A stretch of 32,000 bases of DNA from Raphidiopsis brookii D9 (GTDB lineage: Bacteria; Cyanobacteriota; Cyanobacteriia; Cyanobacteriales; Nostocaceae). The notes under the pieces were generated by a model. The model worked only from the letters and a program-made list of their open reading frames with translations. It did not search any database and was not told the DNA's origin. The position numbers and the translations under genes were made by a program. Shown one piece after another: positions 1 through 8,300 of this stretch. The stretch lies in contig ACYB01000004.1 in assembly GCA_000175855.1 (NCBI GenBank), forward strand, positions 60,001 to 92,000. Reading direction: 5' to 3'. Numbering within the stretch: the stretch's first letter is position 1; each line of letters opens with the position of its first letter.

Positions 1-807
1 GGTCAATTCCAAAACCGTAATATTCACTTCGGGGTCAGAGAACATGCTATGGGTGCCATCTGTAATGGTATGGCTTTACATGGCTCAGGTTTAATTCCTT
101 ATGGTGCGACCTTCCTAATTTTCACTGACTATATGCGGGCTGCTATTCGCTTGTCTGCTTTATCTGAAGCTGGAGTAATTTGGGTAATGACTCACGACTC
201 CATTGGTCAGGGGGAAGATGGTCCAACCCACCAACCGATTGAAACCCTAGCTTCTCTGCGTGCGATTCCTAATTTGACAGTGATTCGTCCTGCTGATGGC
301 AATGAATCTTCTGGAGCTTACACTGTAGCTATTACCAGAGCTAAACAAAATGCTCCTACCCTGTTGGCTTTCACGAGACAAAATGTTCCTAACTTAGCAG
401 GTACATCCGTGGAGGGTGTGACTAAGGGTGGTTATATCATTCTAGATTCTCCAGGTACACCAGATATCATCCTGATTGGCACAGGTTCAGAATTAAGTCT
501 CTGTGTAGGTGCTGCTGAAAAACTAACTGCTACAGGTAAGAAGGTGCGCGTAGTTTCTATGCCTTCTACAGACTTGTTTGAACAGCAAGATAGTTCCTAT
601 AAAGAGTCGGTACTGCCAAAAGGGGTAACCAAGCGTCTAGCTGTAGAAGCTGGAAGCAGCTTTGGCTGGCACAAATATATTGGAATTGAAGGTGATGCTG
701 TTAGTATTGACAGATTTGGTGCTTCTGCGCCAGGTGGCACTTGTCTGGAGAAATTTGGATTTACCGTTGACAACGTGGTAGCTAAAGCTCAAGCATTGTT
801 GGGTTAG
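1..807 (+). CDS. tkt: Transketolase, C-terminal portion (5' end lies outside the window)
   Basis: Frame 1 is open from nt 1 ([23 protein letters not shown]...), so the ATG at 49 is internal. Transketolase stretches are present: [39 protein letters not shown] strong terminator follows. Confidence 0.95.
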   Translation, partial: GQFQNRNIHFGVREHAMGAICNGMALHGSGLIPYGATFLIFTDYMRAAIRLSALSEAGVIWVMTHDSIGQGEDGPTHQPIETLASLRAIPNLTVIRPADGNESSGAYTVAITRAKQNAPTLLAFTRQNVPNLAGTSVEGVTKGGYIILDSPGTPDIILIGTGSELSLCVGAAEKLTATGKKVRVVSMPSTDLFEQQDSSYKESVLPKGVTKRLAVEAGSSFGWHKYIGIEGDAVSIDRFGASAPGGTCLEKFGFTVDNVVAKAQALLG

Positions 808-836
808 TCACCTGGCATATTTAATGGTTATATGCG

Positions 837-866
837 GGGTAGGATTTTATTCCTACCCTTTTTCTT
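837..866 (+). terminator. Rho-independent terminator of tkt
   Basis: Perfect 8-bp stem GGGTAGGA (837-844) / TCCTACCC (851-858), 6-nt loop, then TTTTTCTT (859-866), 30 nt after the tkt stop. Confidence 0.75.
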
Positions 867-951
867 GGTAAGTTGTCAACCTGCAACAAATTAGACTACA
901 CTAAAAGCAGTAAAAGATAAAGAAATATTAAAATCTGTTGTTAGTGCAATC

Positions 952-2220
952 ATGGAATGTATCATAAATAGGCGCGCCCAATTTTCAGCAAGTCATCGGT
1001 ATTGGTTACCAGAACTTGGTGAAGCGCAAAATGTAGGAAAATTTGGTCTGTGTGCGAAATTTCCTGGACATGGACATAATTACGTGCTATTCATTTCCAT
1101 GTCGGGTGAACTGGATGAATATGGAATGGTACTTAATCTATCTGACGTGAAACAGGTAATTAAGAGTGAAGTTACCAGCGAACTAGACTTTTCTTACCTC
1201 AATGAGGTGTGGGAAGAATTTCAAGCCACCCTACCCACCACAGAAAATATTGCTAGGGTAATTTGGAACCGTTTGACACCTCATTTACCCTTGGTGCGCG
1301 TGCAGCTATTTGAACATCCCCAACTGTGGACAGAATACGAGGGGAAAGGGGAAAAAATCTCCTTAACCGCGAGAAGTCATTTCAGTGCTGCACATCGGTT
1401 AGCACCCAATCTACGTGCAGAAAAATATGGCAAATGTACCCGTACTCATGGACATAATTATCATTTGGAAGTGACTGTGGAAGGGGAAATGGATGGACGC
1501 ACGGGAACGATTGTGGACCTTGGCTGTTTACATGAAACTGTGGAACGGGAGATCCTGGAATTATTTGACCATTCCTGTATTAATGAAGACATTCCCTACT
1601 TTTCTACCTCCCATATAGTTCCTACTACGGAAAATATTGCCCGATACATGAGTGATTTGCTGCAATTTCCCATTAGTGAACTGGGGGTGAAATTGTCCCG
1701 GGTAAAATTATTTGAAAGTGACCACCTGTGGGTAGAGTATGAAGGTAAGGACTCAGAAATATTTTTTAGTGTAGCTACGGGTTTTAGTGCAGCACACAGA
1801 TTGGCCGACCCTACCCTTAGTTTGGAGAAAAATCAGACCATTTATGGCAAATGCTCTCGCATTAATGGTCACGGACATAATTATCATTTGGAAGTGACGG
1901 TTCGGGGGGAGATAGATTCAGTCACGGGAATGAGTGTTGATTTGGTGGGATTAAATCAGATAATTCAACACTATGTCATTGAACCTATGGATCATAGTTT
2001 CTTAAATCAAGACCTCCCCTATTTTACTGAGGTTGTACCAACTGCAGAAAATATTGCTGTTTATATTAGCGATGTAGTGCGATCGCCCATTGAGGAGTTA
2101 GGAGCAAAACTGCACAAGGTTAAACTAATTGAAAGTCCCAACAATTCCTGTGAAATTTATGCTAAAGATATAGAAGAAAGCAGAGTTGATCGGGTAGACC
2201 GTGAACTAGCAGTAGTTTGA
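952..2220 (+). CDS. Triple tandem 6-pyruvoyl-tetrahydropterin synthase / QueD-like (T-fold) protein, 422 aa
   Basis: Three ~130-aa modules (aa 1-131, 135-265, 269-404). Each carries the PTPS/QueD signatures: SA(S/A)HR, a Cys followed by HGHNY (C34/H40/H42; C162/H166/H168; C301/H307/H309) and PT(T/A)ENIA. Modules 2 and 3 keep the D-H pair (FDHS, MDHS); module 1 has LDFS. Confidence 0.85.
   Translation: MECIINRRAQFSASHRYWLPELGEAQNVGKFGLCAKFPGHGHNYVLFISMSGELDEYGMVLNLSDVKQVIKSEVTSELDFSYLNEVWEEFQATLPTTENIARVIWNRLTPHLPLVRVQLFEHPQLWTEYEGKGEKISLTARSHFSAAHRLAPNLRAEKYGKCTRTHGHNYHLEVTVEGEMDGRTGTIVDLGCLHETVEREILELFDHSCINEDIPYFSTSHIVPTTENIARYMSDLLQFPISELGVKLSRVKLFESDHLWVEYEGKDSEIFFSVATGFSAAHRLADPTLSLEKNQTIYGKCSRINGHGHNYHLEVTVRGEIDSVTGMSVDLVGLNQIIQHYVIEPMDHSFLNQDLPYFTEVVPTAENIAVYISDVVRSPIEELGAKLHKVKLIESPNNSCEIYAKDIEESRVDRVDRELAVV
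2079..2086. repeat. HIP1 octamer GCGATCGC (first of ten copies in the window)
   Basis: Exact GCGATCGC at 2079, 8954, 15415, 16929, 25395, 26618, 28299, 28467, 29297 and 29442 (start positions). Over-representation of this palindrome is a known cyanobacterial hallmark. Confidence 0.9.
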
Positions 2221-2327
2221 AACAAGTGCAGTAGCATGAAGTTGGGGGAATGGGGATTCTAAACGGTTAACTCAACTACATGGCATAATTCAAAGAATGC
2301 CAATTCTACAAACTAGAGGATCATCCC

Positions 2328-2825
2328 ATGACTAGAAACAAGTTCAAGCTACATGATCTACCTTGGGTAAATAGACTAAAGATAATACTATTAACCTTGA
2401 CCATTAGCATTATTACTCCTTTACCAGCATCTCAAAAAATTGCTGAAGCCATACCCACATCCAAAAAATCTCCACAGCGATGGATTCAGGTGGACCTATC
2501 ACAGCAAAAATTAACTGCTTGGGAAGGTAAAACACGGGTCCACACAGTTAAAATTTCCTCTGGTAAAAAGTCAACTCCCACTCCTGTGGGTAGATTCCGG
2601 ATTCAAAGTAAACATAGAACCACCCGAATGCGGGGTAGGGGATATGATCTTGCCAATGTGCCCTACACCCTATATTATGATGGTAGTTATGCTATTCATG
2701 GAGCATACTGGCATAAACGTTTTGGTACGCCAGTAAGCCATGGTTGTATAAATCTGCCCCCTAACCGTGCTAAGTTAATATTTAACTGGGCTAGTGTAGG
2801 TACAACTGTAGTAGTTGAACAATAG
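2328..2825 (+). CDS. L,D-transpeptidase (YkuD domain) with N-terminal signal/anchor segment
   Basis: Hydrophobic N-terminus (LKIILLTLTISIITPLPA). The YkuD-type core runs from LSQQKLTAWEG to the catalytic motif SHGCINLP. Confidence 0.85.
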   Translation: MTRNKFKLHDLPWVNRLKIILLTLTISIITPLPASQKIAEAIPTSKKSPQRWIQVDLSQQKLTAWEGKTRVHTVKISSGKKSTPTPVGRFRIQSKHRTTRMRGRGYDLANVPYTLYYDGSYAIHGAYWHKRFGTPVSHGCINLPPNRAKLIFNWASVGTTVVVEQ

Positions 2826-2845
2826 AATATACTACTCCCAGTTAT

Positions 2846-4723
2846 CTATTGGACACTCTTGGTCAAATTAGTTCTTAAAGAAGCAAAATGCTGACCACCA
2901 AGTTCAATTTTATCCGCGATACAACCATGTTTCAACCTATCAATTAGATATTCTGTGTCTCGAGCAATTAAATTAGTACCATGGTCTGGTTCTATTAAGC
3001 TGACTAGTTTGATGTGTTTTGTTGGTTGAACGGAGAAATTAGCAAGGCCCAGAAAATTAAACACACCTGACTCATAAGTACCACAGGGTACAGAAGGATT
3101 ATCAACACCAAAACAATATTCATCCTCTTGAAACCAATCAAAAGCGGGATAACCATGAAAGTGAACAATTGGGGCTCCATTTTCAATTAGTTCTGGTGCA
3201 TATAAAGCAGCAGACAAACTAATTGCCAGCATGACATAAATATCGTAGGAAGGTTTGATGTCAGATTTATGGGAATTATTTGCTGGTGGTAGTTGGAGAT
3301 GTAAATTATTGGTTAGTCCAATGCGCAGAACATCCTGTTCCAAACTCAGGTCTGTTTTATTGGAACCTGAGCGGGAACTAACTAACCAAATATCGGGAAT
3401 TTGCTTAAATATATAATCTGCACCAATCCGTGTTTTTAAAAACCGTCTACCTGATTGATTTTTTCGCACTTCATCACTATTCAATCCAGGAATTGCTAAT
3501 AAATCTTCCCATTGGGTGGCACTTATTTCCCTTTCTCCCACATAGGAAGGTGGTTCTATATAGGCTATAAAACCATAGGAAACGCCAGTTCTCCCATTGA
3601 CGATAACATTTACTATATCCCTATGGGATTTTCTTTTAATCACCTCGGTTAATTTGAAACCTGGTGGAAACAAACCTGTTGAGGTCAGTTCCTTACCTAA
3701 CTTTGCTAATTTGTGAGCATAGGGAGATAGATAGGGATTATAGACTCCCAGTTCAAATCTATTCATTAATAGGGGAGTAATGGGAACATAAATTTTAGGA
3801 ATTAGGGATTTTAATATGAAATCATCAATTTCTGTCCTAGGAAAAATAGAATCAGATAAATTCATATTTAGGATAGAGATTTGTTCTTTAGATACCCCTA
3901 TTACTATTTCAGAAAATGTTTGAATCAGGGTGTTAATTCCAATACTAATTTTCTCTTGATAGTGAGTTAATGGACTCACAAATTTATCATCGATGTCGCT
4001 AAGAATGATCACTTGAGTATTGGTGGGATCTTCAACATATTTAGCAGCGTGGTCTTCGGCCCAACTACTCAACTTAGCAATTTGCACAACAGACATGTTC
4101 TGTTTATTGATTAACCAATGATAAGATAAAGTGTAAATACTTTCCGCGACAAATATACCTAACTTTCTGAACCATGAATTGGGTCTTGCTACATCTATTA
4201 CCGCATTAATTTCTGATCTTACCCCCTTAATTGTAAAAGAATAATGCCAATTAATAATGGGAATATTAATTTTATAACAAAAGTCCCTAATAGAATCTTG
4301 CCAAGGAACCACAGCAACACCCAGAGTTTTTAATTTAATAGCTAAATCCTGACGGAATTTAGTAATTCTATGATTATCATACCCATTGGGTAAGGGTCTA
4401 AAGGTGACACTGAGGTTTTTAGCCATAATGTGCGGGTTAATAATGGGGGGTTGATATTCTATAGGTAGTTCACTTGTGAACCCCCCAATCAACTTACCAA
4501 TGGTTTGTAAACTAATACCGGAAATGGGATTTTCTGTGGTAGAGTTGCTAGAGATATCCATTTCTTGCAATAGGGCCAAAATATCTCCTTTATGGGTAGC
4601 AATTTCCGCTTGCATTTCCGGTGTAATTATTCCTTTGGGAGAGCGGATATTTAGTTGTTGATTCTCGATCCAAAATTCCACACCTTGCTTAGTTAAAAGT
4701 GCTAAGATTTCTGATGCGTTCAT
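2846..4723 (-). CDS. Orphan protein: TubC-type N-terminal docking domain plus ~560-aa unassigned domain (625 aa from the ATG at 4723)
   Basis: From the ATG at 4723-4721 (GGAG 9 nt upstream) the protein begins MNASEILALLTKQGVEFWIENQQLNIRSPKGIITPEMQAEIATHKGDILALLQE. This matches the TubC N-terminal docking-domain pattern (L..L...GV.LW.E...L....P.G..TPE....I..HK..I..LL). I recognise no catalytic motif in the rest. The listed 698-aa ORF start (4942) would overlap the upstream ACP gene, and that extension is low-complexity. Confidence 0.7.
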   Translation of the reverse strand: MNASEILALLTKQGVEFWIENQQLNIRSPKGIITPEMQAEIATHKGDILALLQEMDISSNSTTENPISGISLQTIGKLIGGFTSELPIEYQPPIINPHIMAKNLSVTFRPLPNGYDNHRITKFRQDLAIKLKTLGVAVVPWQDSIRDFCYKINIPIINWHYSFTIKGVRSEINAVIDVARPNSWFRKLGIFVAESIYTLSYHWLINKQNMSVVQIAKLSSWAEDHAAKYVEDPTNTQVIILSDIDDKFVSPLTHYQEKISIGINTLIQTFSEIVIGVSKEQISILNMNLSDSIFPRTEIDDFILKSLIPKIYVPITPLLMNRFELGVYNPYLSPYAHKLAKLGKELTSTGLFPPGFKLTEVIKRKSHRDIVNVIVNGRTGVSYGFIAYIEPPSYVGEREISATQWEDLLAIPGLNSDEVRKNQSGRRFLKTRIGADYIFKQIPDIWLVSSRSGSNKTDLSLEQDVLRIGLTNNLHLQLPPANNSHKSDIKPSYDIYVMLAISLSAALYAPELIENGAPIVHFHGYPAFDWFQEDEYCFGVDNPSVPCGTYESGVFNFLGLANFSVQPTKHIKLVSLIEPDHGTNLIARDTEYLIDRLKHGCIADKIELGGQHFASLRTNLTKSVQ

Positions 4724-4857
4724 GACTAAGTCTCCAATATGAAAAAAAGTGATTAATGATAAAAAGCTGCGAGAAAAAAAAGACACTTGGCTGAACGGAT
4801 TGTATAGTCCTCCATTCAGTCCCAGTGTCAGTCTTAGAGGAGGAAAACTGGAAAATC

Positions 4858-5145
4858 TTAAATTTGCAATATTTCTGAGGAGGAATTTTCTAATTCTTGA
4901 GCTAATCGTTGTGCTAATTGTTGAATGGTGGGATAGTACCACAAGTACATCAGGGACAATTTAAATCCCAAAATTTTTTCGGCTTTACTTGCTAAAATCA
5001 TAGCTTGTTGTGAATCTAAACCATAACTATCTAAAGGTTGTTGAATATCTATTTCTTCTGGATTTACTCCTAATATGAAAGCAATGTTGTTAACTAGCCA
5101 ATGTTCAATATCCCCAGCACTATTTAGCTTAGTTATTTGACTCAT
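4858..5145 (-). CDS. Discrete acyl/peptidyl carrier protein (PP-binding), 95 aa
   Basis: Type I PKS/NRPS-style carrier signature: IDIQQPLDSYGLDSQQAMILASKAEKILG...LWYYPTIQQLAQRLA. The phosphopantetheine Ser codon is at 5011-5013. GGAGG lies 8 nt upstream of the ATG. Confidence 0.85.
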   Translation of the reverse strand: MSQITKLNSAGDIEHWLVNNIAFILGVNPEEIDIQQPLDSYGLDSQQAMILASKAEKILGFKLSLMYLWYYPTIQQLAQRLAQELENSSSEILQI

Positions 5146-5184
5146 CTATTTACCTCCAGTTTCTTAATCATTAAAATCTTTAAT

Positions 5185-6558
5185 TCATGATACCTGAGAT
5201 GATAAATAGGAAATTTCTTCAATCATTTCCATAAATTCATTCACCAGTTTTTCCATAGTGGGTTGACTCAGGGAAGGTTGGGAAAAGACGAAATTTAATA
5301 ACATCTTGCCTTGAAAAGTGGCAACATGAAGGATAAACATACCTGCATATAGTGCGTGAGAACCCGCAAAACTGATTTCTTCAAGTTGTAATTCACCATA
5401 TATTTCAGGGATGTTAACCTTACCAATATTAGAAACGGAAACATTAGCAGCAATTTGATGAGGAAATAGAAAGCAAAAGTTAATCAGATGTTTAGCAAGA
5501 AATACCATTTTAAAAATATCCCCTCTATGGATACTTGCTGCTAAGGATTGTTTAATCCTCCTGGCCAGATCCCAAAAATAGGTGTTGGTTGTGATAGTGT
5601 GAAAACTCATCTGGGATGTGGCTAATAGACCAATATTCTCTTCATTGATGGGTGGTTGTAAACGTCTTCTTAAGTCAAAGTAGGATAGACAATTTAATCG
5701 AATAGACTTACACTGCTGGTTGAGAATTTTTTTAGCTACTGTCAATAACATGGCAGCAGATAAGGCACTTTGTACTGTGGCATTTTCTGCTCGACATTGG
5801 GCAAAAAATTTTTCAGCTGTCTCTGATAATATTTGTCTATGAATTATTTGGGAGTTCCTCTGAGAAATGGGAACATATTTTTCCACTTTTAAAGTTTGTG
5901 GAGGGTTAGTCAGTTTCTCCCAGGCGATCTTTAACAGTAATATCCATCTATTTAACTTTGCTCCTTTTAAATGACCCAATATTTTTTCTGGTGGTGGTAA
6001 TGGGGGTAAAAGACTAAGCGTATCCGAAAAATTACCAGAGGTAATTTGTGCATAATAGGTGAAGATTTCTGAATGTAGATTAACACTTGATAAACCATCA
6101 GCAATTGCATGATGTACGGTAGTCAATAGATGATTAACCTTTGGATTTTCTTGATTAATAATTAGTACCGCTCGCATCAGGTATCTACCACTATCAATTG
6201 GTTGATTCATTTCCTGATTAACAACTTCTTGCCATTCTTTCTCCTCCGAATTAATTACCGCCCGTAAAGGTATTTTTTCTGTAGTACCCGGTTGCAAATA
6301 AAACCGATTGCGAAAATTATGTTGATGGGTAATAATATGAGAGTTCAGAACTAAATGACGATACTGCAAAATATCTAGAGCTTCTCTCAAAACTGGTTTG
6401 TGGATGTAGCCTCGAATGCAACTAATAGTAACCAAATTCCAGGTTTTCGCACGTTGGTTGAGAAGTTCCATAGTAGTTTCTAAACTACTCAATTGTCTTG
6501 TATGGACAGGATTAAAAAAATATTTAGAGTTTTTCTGGAATATATTGAGTATACTCAT
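5185..6558 (-). CDS. Stand-alone condensation-domain-like acyltransferase (HHxxxDG superfamily), 457 aa
   Basis: Catalytic motif VHHAIADGLSS is encoded at 6094-6114. The size and N-terminal RQLSSLE segment fit free-standing C / PapA5 / WS-DGAT-type enzymes. The start at 6558 overlaps the upstream ER gene by 35 nt; an alternative ATG is at 6471. Confidence 0.75.
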   Translation of the reverse strand: MSILNIFQKNSKYFFNPVHTRQLSSLETTMELLNQRAKTWNLVTISCIRGYIHKPVLREALDILQYRHLVLNSHIITHQHNFRNRFYLQPGTTEKIPLRAVINSEEKEWQEVVNQEMNQPIDSGRYLMRAVLIINQENPKVNHLLTTVHHAIADGLSSVNLHSEIFTYYAQITSGNFSDTLSLLPPLPPPEKILGHLKGAKLNRWILLLKIAWEKLTNPPQTLKVEKYVPISQRNSQIIHRQILSETAEKFFAQCRAENATVQSALSAAMLLTVAKKILNQQCKSIRLNCLSYFDLRRRLQPPINEENIGLLATSQMSFHTITTNTYFWDLARRIKQSLAASIHRGDIFKMVFLAKHLINFCFLFPHQIAANVSVSNIGKVNIPEIYGELQLEEISFAGSHALYAGMFILHVATFQGKMLLNFVFSQPSLSQPTMEKLVNEFMEMIEEISYLSSQVS

Positions 6559-8188
6559 CGGGAATCTGTAATCCTTGAATTTTTAAGTTTTGGATGCGGT
6601 ATAGGAATGCTGCTCCCGTCATGATATGGTTAGCAACTTCAACAACTTGACGATTTTGAGGTTGAGCTAAATAAGAACCTTGCACCCAATCATTAAAGCT
6701 ACCCATAGCTGGTCCACACCAAATTTGATAGTCAATTTCTCTACCCTTTTCTCCAGTATTGGACCAACGAGAAGAGAGTCCTAAATACCAACGGAAAATT
6801 AATGCCATTTTCAATTTAGGATTGTTTGCTGCTTTGGTTAACTTTTCTGGATTTCTTTGAGATAAATAATTAATTGTCTCTTGCCAAACCTCCTGCCAAG
6901 ATTTTTTAAAAACTTGTTTTTCTAATTTATCTCTTTCTGAGTTGGGAACTTCCTCTATTGATTGATAGGTTTTATATAACTCATATAGTTTTTGAGCGCG
7001 GAGGGGAAAAAGAGTTCCTCGTTTGAGAACTTGTAATTTCACACCCATTTCAAACATATCAGCTGCTGGAGCCATCATCACATCAGCCATTTGAGCTTGG
7101 GCTAATAATTGCTTTGTGTGTGCAGAAGTTCCAGCTTCCATACAAGATTGATTTACGGAACCGGTAACAACATAAGCAGCACCCATAATAAAAGCAGCTA
7201 AGGCTGATTTGGGTGTGGAAATTCCCCCAGCTACACCAATTCTTACTGGATTTTTATAATTGTATTGATTTTGAATTTCATTTCTTAGTTCCAGAATAGA
7301 AGGTAATAAACAAATTAGGGGACGATTATCCGTATGTCCTCCGGAATCAGCTTCCACCGTGATATCATCGGCCATGGGAATTTGACTGGCAATATTAGCT
7401 TGTAGTTCACTAATTAAACCTTGTGCTACCAGTTGTTTAAGAATTTGAGTGGGAGCAGGATGTAAAAATTTTGCTGCTACCTCCTGACGGGAAATTTTAG
7501 CAATAACTTTATTTCCGATTTCAATTTCATTAGCTGAATTTAGACTCAATCCCGCAGCTCGATAATAAACTATGTTGTCAGTTAAATCTAAAAAGGCTGA
7601 TGCTTCAACTACTTTGACATGGTATTTTAGGTACAAATCTACGTTATGTCGTTCTATTGCTGGTTCACTAGGACTATGGAGTAAGTTAAAACCGTAAGGT
7701 TGTTGATTTAGGGAATGTTGAATTTTATCAATGGCTTTTTCCACACGAGAGGGAGATAAACCACCCGCACCAAAGACGCTTAAAATTCCCGCTCTCCCCA
7801 ATGCAATTACCATTTCTTCTGATGCTATTCCCTGGGCCATTGCTCCAGTCATATAAGCATATTTCACACCATAAGACTTGAGAAAATTTTCATCCCCCAG
7901 TTGTACAGTTGTTAAGGAAGGAACCGTCATTAACATTTCTAGCTGAGTACTACCCCCAGAGACACTTTCTTCATTGGTAATACCAATTTTATTTTCATGT
8001 CTGACTATATAACAAGGTTTTTCTAAGACTCCCAACTTTGATTTGATTTCTTTTGCATCGAATGCAACCGTATTAAAATCACCTTGCCATGAGCGATGGT
8101 TAATAAGATGATTAATAAATAAATTAGAAACTCGCAGATAATTATCTCGATTAATGTCTAGATTGATGATATTTTCTGTAACTAACAT
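6524..8188 (-). CDS. PfaD-type trans-acting enoyl reductase (nitronate monooxygenase-like FMN enzyme), 554 aa
   Basis: The length and stretches such as YAYMTGAMAQGIASEEMVIALGRAGILSVFGAGGL, EADSGGHTDNRP and MAPAADMFEMGVKLQVLKRGTLFP are typical of PfaD / PKS trans-ER proteins. Confidence 0.9.
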   Translation of the reverse strand: MLVTENIINLDINRDNYLRVSNLFINHLINHRSWQGDFNTVAFDAKEIKSKLGVLEKPCYIVRHENKIGITNEESVSGGSTQLEMLMTVPSLTTVQLGDENFLKSYGVKYAYMTGAMAQGIASEEMVIALGRAGILSVFGAGGLSPSRVEKAIDKIQHSLNQQPYGFNLLHSPSEPAIERHNVDLYLKYHVKVVEASAFLDLTDNIVYYRAAGLSLNSANEIEIGNKVIAKISRQEVAAKFLHPAPTQILKQLVAQGLISELQANIASQIPMADDITVEADSGGHTDNRPLICLLPSILELRNEIQNQYNYKNPVRIGVAGGISTPKSALAAFIMGAAYVVTGSVNQSCMEAGTSAHTKQLLAQAQMADVMMAPAADMFEMGVKLQVLKRGTLFPLRAQKLYELYKTYQSIEEVPNSERDKLEKQVFKKSWQEVWQETINYLSQRNPEKLTKAANNPKLKMALIFRWYLGLSSRWSNTGEKGREIDYQIWCGPAMGSFNDWVQGSYLAQPQNRQVVEVANHIMTGAAFLYRIQNLKIQGLQIPDEYTQYIPEKL

Positions 8189-8300
8189 TGTGGAAAACCT
8201 TTGTTGGAAGTGATTGGGGAAACCTATGAGCAGGAGGATATTGAACTAATACTTCCCACCCACTCCTCCCCCTTGTTTGATATAAATTTTGATATCAACC

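Noticed and set aside
4724-4942. N-terminal 73-aa extension of the 698-aa ORF (MVLSHHSTIS...)
   Set aside because: It overlaps the ACP gene (4858-5145), is low-complexity, and precedes a well-placed ATG with a GGAG SD at 4723. That ATG starts exactly at the docking-domain homology.
3004-4964. Short ORFs 3004-3186(-), 4476-4661(+) and 4749-4964(+)
   Set aside because: They are embedded in or antisense to the docking-domain gene or the ACP region, with hydrophobic or low-complexity translations and no SD.
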